A stretch of DNA of 64,000 nt from Gordius albopunctatus. Its lineage: Eukaryota. The notes beneath the pieces were generated by a model, which worked only from the letters and a program-made list of their open reading frames with translations, was not told where the DNA came from and ran no database searches. Location of the stretch: the NCBI GenBank assembly GCA_964276515.1, contig OZ193910.1, positions 6,138,001 through 6,202,000 of the forward strand, read 5' to 3'. Position 1 is the first letter of the stretch, and each line of letters starts with the position of its first letter. Position numbers and translations under genes: made by a program. Positions 27,670 to 54,349 of the stretch are shown here, piece after piece.

Positions 27670-27933
27670 GTATGTATGTATGTATGTATGTATGTATGTA
27701 TGTATGTATGTATGTATGTATGTATGTATGTATGTATGTATGTATGTATGTATGTATGTATGTATGTATGTATGTATGTATGTATGTATGTATGTATGTA
27801 TGTATGTATGTATGTATGTATGTATGTATGTATGTATGTATGTATGTATGTATGTATGTATGTATGTATGTATGTATGTATGTATGTATGTATGTATGTA
27901 TGTATGTATGTATGTATGTATGTATGTATGTAT
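27087..27933. repeat. (TATG)n microsatellite, ~210 units; 3' tail of the adjacent LINE
   Basis: Near-perfect array with one TATT (~27227) and two TAAG (27503, 27667) variants; lies inside the LINE TSD. Confidence 0.97.
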
Positions 27934-30900
27934 AAGCCCCGATGACAAACAAGAGCTTAGCTAAATCGGCAAGCTAAGATTGAGTCCCATCTGACACCAT
28001 AGGTGCATCTCGGGCCACGCTAACCAGAGGTTACGTGTTCAGTTGTTAGTAGGTTAGTGGTTAGTGTGTTAGTATGTTAAAGCGAAGATCAGTATTTTTA
28101 GTAGCCGGAAGAAATAAAGTAAAAGTAGACCGTGCAAGCTAATAGTACAAGTATAATAGTATAAGCATATAAATATAAGATACCACCATTCCTTATTTTG
28201 GCAAGAGGACTTGCAGGCTTTCCATTGCTTGCTAGTTTGTGCGTCAGATTCGGGTTCATGGTTAGATGGTGTGGAAAGAAAGTATCTATCCGTGGTTAGC
28301 TAGTTTATGGGTCGCCCTCTATCTCAGGGATAGATCTGATCATTTATTTTGGATGTTGTAGGCTTCAGAGACAGCTCGAAGTTGAGGCGATTGGGAGGGG
28401 ATATTTTGAAGGGAAATTGGAGGCAGAAAAGGCTTTCCAAGCGGATCTGTTTTGCATTATGGGGATTATAGTATTCCATTCGTGGTTAAGAGAGCGGAGT
28501 TCCAAAAAAGTTTTGTGGATCCAGGAACCTCGACATTTTAGTTTTTTTAGTTGAGGGGGTCTCCATAGAATTGCTCTTAAGCAAATGTTGAGTCCATTGC
28601 GTCTGGTCTGGTGGGCTAGGAAGTTCCATTTCCGTGATATAATTATGTTTTTTATGGGAGGGATTTCGCAAAGGGTCCAGAGGTTTGGATTGCTAATTAC
28701 CTCAGGGTAGAATATTTTACAAATTATTCTGAGCATTTTATTTAGTTTAGTTTGGGCCGCTTTTATGGTCGAACCTTTTAGGGACCATGTTTCGCATACA
28801 TAGAGAAATATAGGCAATATGGTGGTTTTGAACAGCCGAAGGCGGGTCGGTAGAGCCAGTTCGTTGGATTTCCAGATTGAACAGCATGAATAAGAACTCT
28901 TTAGAGCTTTAGATAATTTATTAGAGGCATCTTGGTGGGAGTATTTGTCTAGAGAAAGAAGAACTCCTAAGTAGTTTATTGAATCTGAAAAAGGGATTAA
29001 AGTGTTGCTAATAGACAATGTAGTATTTTGGGAGGGTATGTTAATAGATAGTAAGTAAGTCTTGTTAGGGTTAATTATTAAACCGGCTTTCTTGGATTCT
29101 AAGACGAATCTATCGGCAAAGTTCTGAGTTTTGAGAGTTGAATCCGATATGATGCATAAATCGTCAGCAAATAGCAGTGAAGACACTTTGATGCCGTTCA
29201 TGTGGATACCGTCGTAAGGAAGGGTGGATCTCCTAATTATGAGATCCATTGCCGTGATGAATAGTAGAGGAGATAATGGACATCCCTGTCTAACTCCTAA
29301 ATTGACTTGGATTGGGTTTAAGCGGTGGTGTAGATGTTTTATGACCACTTTCATGTCTTTGTACAGAAAGAAGATAAGTCTAATAATTTTTTTGGGGATT
29401 CCTAGTAGACATAAAGATTCCCATATGTAAAGGTGGGATAGGGAGTCGAAAGCTTTATGAATGTCGACAAATGTTAGGACTAAAGGAGATTTAGATTTAG
29501 AGGAGATGTCAATAATATTTTTGAGGGTAAGGATGTGTTCAATTGTGGTTTTGGACTTACGGAAGCCGGCTTGGTTACTTTTTAAATTATCGTCAATGAA
29601 TGGATATATCCTCCTATATATTAATTTTATAAAAACCTTGGAAATGTTATTTATAATTGTGATCCCTCTATAATTATCGGGAAGGGATGGGTCTCCTTTT
29701 TTATAGATTTTACTAAGTAGACCAGTAGACCAAGCGCGGGGGATGATCTCTTGTAGCCAGATTTTAGTGAAGAGTTGATGCAATAGTTTGCTAGACAGGG
29801 AGTAATCAGCTTTAAGGGCTTCCGCTGTGATTTTCTCTGCATCGGGAGCTTTATGAAGTTTGAGGGATTTTAACACGGATTTTATTTCATTTAAGGAGGG
29901 TGGTTCAACATTGATAGAAGGGGTGGAGGGTGTTTTGAAGTTGTTAATGAATTCAAGGAATATGTCGGAACAGGGGATTGAATAAGGGCGATCTATAATG
30001 GAACTAAAGTGACTCTCCCAAGCCTCCGTTTGGATCAAGGAATCGTTGGAGCTATGTTTGTTTTGTATTGTGTTGTAGTTATATTTGTCTGAAAATTTTG
30101 CGGTGATGTTCTTGAGCACTTTGTAAAGGGTGTGTGTACTGTTTGTGCGAGCAGCAGATTCTGCTTCATTTAGTTTGCTTGATAAGTAATTAGCCTTGTC
30201 CTTTTTTATTGCCGCTTTAATCTTTTTAGTGAGATGTTGGACCAAGCTTTTTTATTTCTAAGTGTCTTATCCTTAAAGACTTTATACCGGGACTCGAGTA
30301 GATTAATGGTATCGATGGAGAACCAGGACTTAATGTTGACATGGAGATGGTCATTCTGGGATGGAGTGAAAAACTTTGCTAAGGTGTCATTGTGGTCATT
30401 GACTGAGAGGGGGGCAAGATCGCCAAGTGCCTTCGAGTCTGTTTGTAATCTGGACTCAAGTTGAGAGATTTCTCTGATTATGTTTGCTCGAGATGGGTAT
30501 TTTTAAAGTTTTTTTGACGTGTGGAGAGAGGAGGGATTAATAAAGAGATCAGCTGAGATGACAAAGTGATCTGTTTTTATTAGAGGCTGAAAGGTGTGGA
30601 AGTTCTTTATCATTTTGTGGTTTCTTAGTTGGCCTATTATATGATCAATTTGGGTACCTCGGTGATTTTCATTCTTTTGGTATGTGATTAGGTTATCCAG
30701 AGGAAGGTCGGAAAAGGTTGAGGTTATCTTTAGTTTATGTTTACAGCAGAATTTTTTAAGCAGTTTACCGTTTCGGTTAGTCGGTCGAATTGAGTTTGGG
30801 CCAATTATTAATTTATTATCCCCCAGTGTGCGCTGGACGGAAGCATTGAAGTCACCGACGAGGATTTTAAGGTGTTTAGTGTTAAATTTATCTTTGATGT

Positions 30901-32888
30901 TTTGGAGGAGGGATTCCATCGATTGAGAATTTTTGGAAGAGGGGGGAGCGTATATGTTAAAAATTGATAAACAACGATTCTTTATTTTTAAGTGAATGAT
31001 TAATAATCTGTTGTTAACATAGTCGATGCTAATCACTTTGAGTTCTTTTTTTATAAAAATGGCTACCCCTGATGCAGGCTCAAGGCCGCATTCCGTGCAA
31101 TAGCAATTATAGTCGTTAACGGGGAGAACTTTGCGATGTGAATATCTTGTTTGTTGAACACAGAGAATATGAATTCTGTGGTGGGAGGCAAATAAAGTAA
31201 GGCTCTGTAGCGTTCCTGGTTCTCTTAAGGTTTGAGTATTGAGAGAAGCCAATTTTAGGATCATTTTAATTTGAGTATAAGGGATTAAAAGTTGGGGTGG
31301 AATGAGACGGATTTAGTAACGAATTTTAAAACTTAATAGTAGTTGTGTTTTGTATATTGTTAATATATTAGACGTGAGTTCGTAGATGAATTACTGGTTA
31401 TAAATAAGACCATTTTTGTAGAGGGGTAGAGGTTAACTTTCCTTATAATGGGGAGAGGGGGTCAATCTGCTTCACTCTTATTTTTAGAGTAAACTAGTAT
31501 TTAAGCGATATCAATTCCGGAAGCATCTGAGCAGTAGAAAATATATTAGTTTAAAAATAGAGTCGCTCCAAAGGGGAGCGGGGGGTGAAGGTCATCGGCC
31601 TTGTATTTTATATATTATAGCATTTTAGCAAGTATTTGTTCGGGCAAATTGATTACTGGTTATTAATAACTACCTCTTATTTGTAGAGGGGTGGGGAAAT
31701 ATATTATTTATAATGGGGAGCCCATCTTTTCCGACTTATTTTTAATTTCATAGTTGGGTATTGACGGTAGTGCCGCCAGAAATCTTCCGGGAGCGATGAG
31801 AGGAGAATAATAAGTTTGTTTAATATAGAGTATCTATTCCTTGTTTTGCACATATCGAATACCCTAGAAGAGGAGGGGGTAGGGGGTAAAAGTAAAGCAT
31901 ACACCTCCCAAGTGAGTGTCTTATACAACATTAGTAGCATTTTAGTCTTGAGCTCGCAGTTAATTTCGTCGTTAGAATAGGGGGGGGGGTAAGTGGTAGG
32001 AGGGGGAGATATAAAGTCAGGACCACCCATTGAGAAGGAATATTAGTAAGAATAACGTTTATTTTTTTTTAGAAATGCGTGGGGAAGGGGTAAGTCCATA
32101 CCTTGATATATTTGAATTGACGACGCCTATCTAGGCCCTAGACTACTATCCAATGCGAATTTAAACTTCATACAGAGAAATAAATTATAAGTAATACGGA
32201 AGCTCATATATTGAATAAAAGTTAATACTGGGAGGCTTACCTAAATTTGATATTAAGCACTAAAATTGATTAAATATGATCAAATAATTAATTATAATTT
32301 TGAAAATAAGTTTGATATAAAAATTTGAGTATGGTGGAAAAAAAGATATAGACAGAAAGAAGAATATGATAATTTAATGGTTAATCAAATAAATAAAAGA
32401 TAAATAACAAGAGAAAGGCTTGCCTAGCCCTTTATTTAAAATTGACAACTAATTTGCAAAACAAATCTTTTAAAATGACTGATTTATAGGTTGCAAAAAC
32501 TTGTAAAAAGGTGGTCAGAAAAAAACATACGTTGTTTGACGTTATATATATTGTAAGTTCACTTAAGTTTTTAGGAAAATAGAAATTATTAACATAAAAC
32601 TTAATTTCAATTACAATTAGGGGGGGGGGTGGGCGAAAGACTAATTCTTCCAATTTTTACAAAAATTTACATTAAAAAAGAAAAGGCCCCCCCCCTGCCT
32701 AAGGACATGGGGTAGAGGACAGGAAGTGTTTTTATATTTTTATTTTTTTGATGATGTATAGAGTAGAATAATGACTAATATTTATACAGATTCGAGAGAG
32801 GGGAGGCTAATATGAGCGATTGCTTGTGCAGTATGAGGGCGGCTAGACCTAGGATTGAGTGAGTTAGGAAGAGCGTCTTATTTGAGTG
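27087..32888 (-). mobile_element. Full-length RTE-like non-LTR retrotransposon
   Basis: APE ORF 30503-31264 (GDFNA, QIDHI, TDH); RT ORF 28365-30245 (QAGFR, GVRQGCPLSP, LFADD); 11-bp TSD TGAGCAGTTGG (27076-27086, 32889-32899). Confidence 0.9.
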
Positions 32889-33393
32889 TGAGCAGTTGGC
32901 AAATGTGCCGGATTCACTTGGCGCCAAGTGCAGCATTAAATTCGGGATTATGCGCTTTCGGGATTTAGCCGCTTTATACTCAACCGGTCTAATGCTCAAG
33001 TAATCTAATGCACAAAAATTGTAATTTAAACATTATTAGATAAGTATATCTCCAACCCTAACCCTATAAAGTATTGTAAATGCATATTAACTTATTATAA
33101 AGCATTTAATCTAACCTATGAAAGAAAATAATAAAAAATTTGAACTTCATATATTATATGCTTAATATAAAAGAAAATATATATGAAGCAATAAAAAAGC
33201 TAATATTCATATATTATATGCTTAAAATATGTTTTTGCAACCTTTTAAAGCGCTTTTAACATTATTAAATATAAAATTAATTAGTTATAAGCATTCTTTG
33301 CAAATTTTAGATTACTTGAGCATTAGATCACTTGAGCAAATACGGATTTAGCCTAGGAACCATTAAAAGCATACTTTAAAAGTATAATAATGA

Positions 33394-34562
33394 ATGAAGG
33401 CAAAATATGCAAATCTCAAGGATATTAGATCATTTGTTGATGTTCAAAGTTTTACAAACCAAGGGTACATAAATAGATAATTTATTTAACTTAAAATTAT
33501 ATTATGCTATAAAACTTAGTATTTATAATTTCCCACTATCTAGTAAATGTGTTCAATGAAAACTATAATTATTTTTTCTATCTTCTAGGCATTCTTTTGA
33601 AATTGTACCTGATCATGCCGAATCATTCACAGAAGATCAGAAAAATAAAATAATGCTTATATTTGAAGCAAATATGAAGATGCTTTATGAAAACTCTAAT
33701 TGGGGATGGTCCCCAGGAGATAAAAGACGAGAGTTATTTGATAAGCAATCTAAATATTTGCTAGTGTATATTTTGCATCAAAACAAAAGGAAACTCATTG
33801 GTTTTAGCCACTTTCAATTTGATGTTGATTATGGATATGAAGTTTTATATTGGTAATTTTATTGATAAATATTAAATGATTGGAATTGTAAGTATTTAGA
33901 ATATATATTTGATTAAATTAAATATAGGTAGACAATTTGGAAGCTAATCTAACTTAGATCTAATTGACAATATTCTTGTTTTTTATATAATATGCATTTT
34001 ATCATTATTATTTTAAAGCTTTTTTTTTGTATTTTCATTTAATCTAATAAGTATAGTGAGATTTTGATGGATAATGAATTGCTTCAAGAAAATTCTAAGC
34101 ATTCCAAAACCCTCTTTGTTATTTTATTAGGCAAAAGATTTTAGTCTTGAAAAACAAATTTCTATAAAATTTCTGACCTTTATCACTTGTTACATATTCA
34201 ATAATATAATTTATGAATGTTTGACATCAAAGTTTCAAATGCAAATTTCATTACAATAAATCTCATCAACTTTACACCTCATTTAAAAACAATTTTATAT
34301 GAAAGACTTTTTGTTTTATATTAGTTATGAGGTGCAAATTCTACAAGAGTTTTGCAAAATTGGAATTGGAAAGAAATTGATGTCCATCTTAGAAGATATA
34401 GTTTTTAAGACTAAGATGGAAAAATTGGTTTTAACTGTCTTAAATGCTAATTATGCTTCCCTCATATTTTTTCGAGAAAAATGTGGGTTTGAAATTGATG
34501 ATTCTTCACCTAGGCCATTGTTCAAATACGATTATACTATATTGAGCAAATCATTCTCTTGA
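33394..34562 (+). CDS. NAA40: N-alpha-acetyltransferase 40 (NatD), 190 aa
   Basis: Exons 33394-33464, 33589-33852, 34325-34562 splice GT-AG in frame; NMKMLYENSNWGW, FSHFQFDVD, VLYCYEVQ, GIGKKLM, LTVL, FEIDDSSP motifs; exon 1 and start codon less certain. Confidence 0.88.
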
Positions 34563-34746
34563 TTATACTATTCTAAAAATGTTATATATTGTATAAAACT
34601 GATATATGCTGATCATTTAAAACAACTAAGGAGGTTTATTTATGCGATTCCAAATTCATTCAAACATTAGCAAAATATGAGGATTAAATTAATGGCATTT
34701 TGATTAAAAAAATAAGGCAGTATTTTATTCTCAAGGACAAATTCAA

Positions 34747-35410
34747 ATATATATATATATAGTAAAGTGTACGTATGTAAGGACTGAATTCTGAAACTAC
34801 CGGCCCGATACGCGCGAAAATTTACCCGTAGGTTCCCAGGGCGGCCAGGTGTAAAATAGCTTTTTCAGATACCTAAAATTCCTTTTAGTTTTAAAAATAT
34901 CAGACATTTCGTTTTAAAAAAGAGCTAAATTCTGAAATTAGCGGCCCGATTCGGGCAAAAATTAAGCCGTAGATGCCCAGGGCGGCCAGGGGTTAAATAG
35001 CCTTTTCAGATTCCTAAAATATCTTTTCGTTTTAAAAATATCCGATATTTCCCGGCCAGTTTAATTTTTAGCATAATATACAATAATGACGTCATACAGG
35101 CAAGGCTGAAGTTTTCTCGAATTAGATATTTAAAAGTATAATAAAAATGTTACAGTATACGGTCAAAATTATTTTAAATAAATAAAATTTAAATTATGCA
35201 ATTTTTGCCGTTATTATCACGTTCACATGGTCGAGCATAGAAGCATATATTTAATAATTATCCATCCTTCAATTAATTATTTTATTATATTAAAGAAAAT
35301 TGTATTTCAAATAAATCAGCTAACTAGAAAAATAAAAATTTGGTTTGTCTTATATATATACTAAAAATAGTGGGTTCATAAAATCCATGACGTGATAAAA
35401 TGCGTGCCCC
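34747..35410 (+). mobile_element. Partial Helitron (same family as 42450-43331)
   Basis: Colinear with 42455-43185; 3' CTAG end absent. Confidence 0.75.
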
Positions 35411-35466
35411 ATTTCAATATATAAAATGTTTAATTCTAATATTTATTTATAATCATATTAAATTAA

Positions 35467-38400
35467 TCTTCTTCTTTATCAGTTATTTGGTTCAACATTG
35501 GTGGGGTTTGTTTTTATGAGTCTCTTCCATCTTGACCGGGTTAGTGCCATGTCTTGACGAATCTCTTTAGTTTCCATAACTTTATCGACTTGCCTTTTCC
35601 ACGTGACACGGGGTCGTCCTCTTCCTCTCTTCCCCGGTATTTTCATGTCTAGCACTTTTCGATTTACGTCATCTGGGTCCCTTCTTAGTACATTCCCATA
35701 CCACCTTAGCCGATTTTCGTTAATCATGTCCGCCATAGGTTGAATACCCATTTTTGTCATGAGAAAGTCATTTGTCATATGGTCGAGCTTAGTATACCCC
35801 AAGCTCCACCGTATCATTCTCATCTCCGTGGCTTGTAATAGCTTTCCTTCCGTGGTGTTTAATGCCCATGTTTCACTTCCATAGAGTAACACCGGTTTTA
35901 CGATGGATTTGTAAGTTTTGCTCTTCAACCATATTGGCATTTTCTTGTCGCGCATTACACAGGATATACTTCGCCATTTAAGCCATCCTTTTTGAATCCG
36001 GGCATTGATTTCAGTTGCGCAACCTCCCTCTTGATGTAGCATAGAGCCGAGATAATTGAACCTGTCTACTTTTGGGTACTTTAGGTGGTCATCCAGCGAT
36101 GGGGTGCTTGTACCGTTCATTTCCATGTATACCGTTTTTCGATCGTTGACCTTTAAACCATATCCAGCTAAGCGCTTTGACCACTTTTCTGCTTCTTCGA
36201 ATACCTTCTCCCTTGTTTCCTCGCATAGTACTATATCATCGGCATATAGCATACACCATGGGGATGGCTTTTGAAAGTCCCTCGTTATCGTGTCTATAAT
36301 TATATTAAATAAAAAGGGACTTAAAGCAGAGCCTTGATGTAATCCAATATTAACCCGAAAAGGTTTAGAGTTTCCAACTGTCGTCCTAACGCAAGAGTTT
36401 GAGGCTTCATAGATATTTTTCATAAGCCGTATATATGCGTCAGAGATATTTTGTTTCCTCAGGCACCACCATATTAAATCGCGGGGGACCGTGTCATAAG
36501 CTTTCTCCAAGTCGATAAAAACCATATGTAGGTCTTTCCTCTTTTCATCATACTTATCCATCATTTGTCTTAGGGCGAAGATTGGGTCGATTGTGGATTT
36601 GCCGGCCACGAATCCGAATTGATTAGCCGATATTTCCACCTCGTTTTTCAGCCTTGTTACTAAGATCCTTTCCAAAAGCTTCAAGGAGTGGCAAGTTAGC
36701 TTGATACCTATGGTTACCTAGGCAATTTGAATAAAGCAACTGGAACATCGGTTACCTAGGAAAAAACTTAACCTTTATTATTCGAGCATTCACAACTCTC
36801 ACTGTTCATAAATCTCAACCTTGTATTTGACCACTCATTATAATTTAATCTCTCGTTATTATTCACACAAGTCTTACTAGATGTATATAAACACAATATG
36901 TTACATAAAAGAATTCATTCTCTTGAATCATTTGGGTTATATTAAAAGTAGAAACTTATTTCTCTACATACCTCTGTAATTGCCGCAATCCTGAGGGTCT
37001 CCTTTGCCTTTAAATAAGGGTATAATCGTGCTTGCTCTCCATTGATTAGGGATTCGCTCTTCTACCAATATCTTGTTAAGGAGATTCGTCATGGTGGTGA
37101 CTCCTTCTTCACGACATCCCACCAATGCTTCCATAGGTATTCCATCTGGGCCATTTGCTTTTCCTTTTTACATCTTGTTCATTTGTATCCTAACTTAATC
37201 CTCCTGAAAGAGTTCCACCATACTTATATTTGGCTCAATTTCGGGAAGGGAATTCTTGTCATTTGCAATATTCATAAGTTTCTTAAAATATCCTTTCCAC
37301 CTTTCCATCACTTCTTTCGGCTTGAAAAGGGTTTGACCCTTCTTGCTTTTGACTATTTTAAGAACTCCAACATCGTGACTTTTCTTCTCCCATATCTTGG
37401 CCAATTTGTACATAAGCCTATGGCCCCTTTCTGATCCAGTTTGTTTGCCATCTCGGTGTACGCAGCATTCTTCGCTTTTGCAACGGCTTTTTTTGCGGCC
37501 ATCTTTGCATCCCTGTACTCTTGATAATCCTCCGACTTTTTTGATTTATGCCACCGTCTATATAGATTTTTCTTTATTTCGATGAAATCTTTAACCGATT
37601 GATCCCACCACCATAGTTTCCTATTCATAGATTTGCCTCCTTTGGTCTGTCCTAGAACACGAATCGCTGTTTCCTTAATGTCCTTAGATAGCGTTTCCCA
37701 ATCTTCGTCTACGTCCCTTTGCAACTTCCTTGCACCCAAGAGTGAAGAGGCTTTTTGATGGTATTCTTCGTTCGTCGACGTATTCTTTAGCCTTTCGTAT
37801 CGAATTCGAGGTTCATATACCTTTCTTCTTTCGGGAAATACTCTTCTGTCAAGATCCATAACAAGGGGACGATGTTGCCTGGCGATTTCTTCTCCCGGTA
37901 TTACTTTGCAATTTTTGATACTCCATAAGTCCTTTCGCCGTATAAGCAAATAGTCGATTTGACTAAAATGCTTCCCACTTCTATAGGTCACAATATGATC
38001 TTCGCGCTTTTGAAAATAGGTGTTAACGATCGCCATGTCATATGCTTGGGATACTTGGAGAAGTTTTTCCCCTTCTTTGTTCTTCAGACCATGCCCATAG
38101 CCTCCATGATTGCGTTCATACCCGAGGCGATCTTTCCCTACGTGAGCGTTGAAATCGGCCCCAATAATTAGCCTTTCTTCCTGTCGGATTCCTTGTATTT
38201 CCTTTTCCAATGATTCGAAGAATATGTCTTTCTCTGATTCCCAACACCAATTTGGGGAGCATACGCGCACATAACGGTTAGGAGGCCCCCTTGATCCGCA
38301 ATCTTCACCCACATTAGCCTGTCGGAACAACGTTTGACTTCCACCACCCTTAGAACGATACCGACCCCGTTTCTACGATTTTGTGACCCACTGTAGAAAA

Positions 38401-38820
38401 GCTTGTATCCTTCTCCTAAATCCCGAGCTTTCGTTCCGTTCCACCTCGTCTCTTGTAGGCAGGCGATGTGTACCTTTCTTCTTTTTAGCATCGGTGCGAC
38501 CTCGATGCTCTTCCCCGTCAACATTCCCACATTCCAGCACGTAATTCGCATTCTTTCCACAACTAGTTTCCTTAACCGCCTTCGTTGTGAGTTCGGCAGT
38601 AACCCTAGTGTATTTTTCACATTGCACGGGCGGGGCATGCAGTGCGCGTCGTTTGTCGAGGACGACCTAGCCTTTTATTGCAAAATCTTGTTTGAAACTA
38701 TCATAATTTTAGAGTTGATTTTTATAGCCGGTTTCCGACCTGACGCCAACCCTCCACATTTTGCACATGGACTTGGGACCGTCGTAGGTAGTGTTTTATT
38801 TTATAGTGCACAATTATAGA
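35467..38820 (-). mobile_element. Full-length RTE/BovB-type LINE, degenerate
   Basis: APE (WNVG, CLQET, GADFNAHVG, SQIDY) 37353-38638; RT (LYADD) 35479-36684; (GAA)n tail; TSD AATCATATTAAATT (35451-35464, 38821-38834). Confidence 0.9.
36709..36968. mobile_element. 260-bp insertion in the RTE RT, probable solo LTR
   Basis: Interrupts GATACCTCTG (intact in the 17425 copy); TACC duplicated (ATACCT at most); ends CTACA. Confidence 0.55.
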
Positions 38821-38929
38821 AATCATATTAAATTTAAATGCACCTGCCAACCCAGCCTATAATGTAAAAAGTAATGTATATGACAAAACTATGTATTCAC
38901 ATAATGTCTTATTAAGGTTCAGAGGTATA

Positions 38930-39565
38930 CTATTAGTTGAAGCATAAAAACTTCAAGAAAACTTAGTGATTTAAGGATTAATCTTTTACGGTGTCATTAA
39001 ATACTCTATTTTACTTTTAAAATCGTTAGCGGTTGATCACTAGCCACCTTAGCTTAACTTGTATAATTATTCAAGCTGGTTGATTACTAATTTATAACCG
39101 CATCATGCTGGATGAGTAACAGCGAAATTGAAATATGCTTTAGTAATTTTTTTTATTCCATCAGAACTCATTCTAGGCCTAAAATTTTGTAATATTTAAT
39201 AATGCTATGGATGAAAATATATGATAAATATATTATAAAATCATTAACATACCCTAAGGGTCTAACCATACTTACGTAAATGGAAGCTAAATTTTAAATT
39301 TTTACAAAAGCATATAATATTTACTACACTTAGGATTTTTTTAATATCAAATATATTCCATACATATTGATTTACACTTAATACCTTAAATGTAAATAAT
39401 GCAAATTAAACTACACAATAATTTACTAATATCTAAAGACCAATAAAAAGTCGAGATCTCGCCGTAAAAATCTCGTATCGTCTCGATCTCGACTCTATTT
39501 TTTAAATTATCGTCTCGGTTTTTTGAGACGAGACCGAGATTTTTTTCGGTTTTTCCGCATCATTA
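38930..39565 (-). mobile_element. Truncated TAGTG hAT MITE copy
   Basis: Colinear with 20480-21885 but lacking the Helitron; ends CCGCATCATTA. Confidence 0.75.
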
Positions 39566-40566
39566 CTTGGGGACGGGTGGCAAAATCAAGTTTCCTAACT
39601 TTTTTTAGCATTTTCATTATACAATAAAATAAAATAGTAACAAAATATAAAAAATTCTCATTAAGTCCGAATCACGGGCAGCGGACCGGTCAGTTTGGTC
39701 TCTGATTCAGACTATATTCCTTGCAAACCTATTTTGAAGGAGCAATTTTATTTAATTACTGAGCAATTTATTATTAATTAACTGTGCAATTTTTAATAAT
39801 TTACTGAGCACTTAAATATATTACTGAGCATATTTTACTACGCATTTTTTAATTTCTTACTGTGCACTTAAATAACATCCATTTAAAAACTGGATGTATA
39901 GGGAAAAAACTCAAAATATGTTTGTGTTCACAATAAAAAACTCTACCAGCGAACAGTTTGCCGGTTAGTTTTATCAGTCCACTATTTTTTGACCAGAGTA
40001 CGCGCATCATGCGCGCCTTAGTATACGTACCAAAACGGAGACGAAATTTAGATATTTTAAGCTTTTCTATCTTATTACCTAGCACTTTAAATCGCCTGAA
40101 TATTTCTATTAATAGTTAAAAGGGTTTTAGAATTTGTGGTATGTTATTAAGGAAAATCTTTTCATTTTTAACTACGTAGTCGGACCGAAAATTTTTTGTA
40201 TAATTGGTTTTAAAATTAGTCGATTTTCTTAAAATTAAATCTCAAAATAATAAAGGAAATGAATTATTTTTTATCCACACAAAACTAACAAGAGCCGTTT
40301 CCATATAATTTAAGCGAAAATTGTTTTTTTTGTCATGGGCAGGCCCCCCCCCCCCGCCCACATCACTGAAAGTGGGAACACTCTATATATGAATATGATA
40401 TTATAAATTAATACCACTTTATTTTGGTTACGATTTGAAGATCTATAAACCAAATTGAATAAGCCATAATTCTGGGACATTCGCGCGTTTTTTTTACAAG
40501 TTGTCTCGGAAAAACTTTCAAAAATTAATATACAATTGAAACTTAATAATTTATGTTAGGGAACCC

Positions 40567-54349
<13,783 letters not shown>

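Noticed and set aside
26978..27964. Long YVCM/HTYI ORFs
   Set aside because: Translations of the (TATG)n microsatellite
33051..33066. Telomere-like AACCCT repeat
   Set aside because: Only two units
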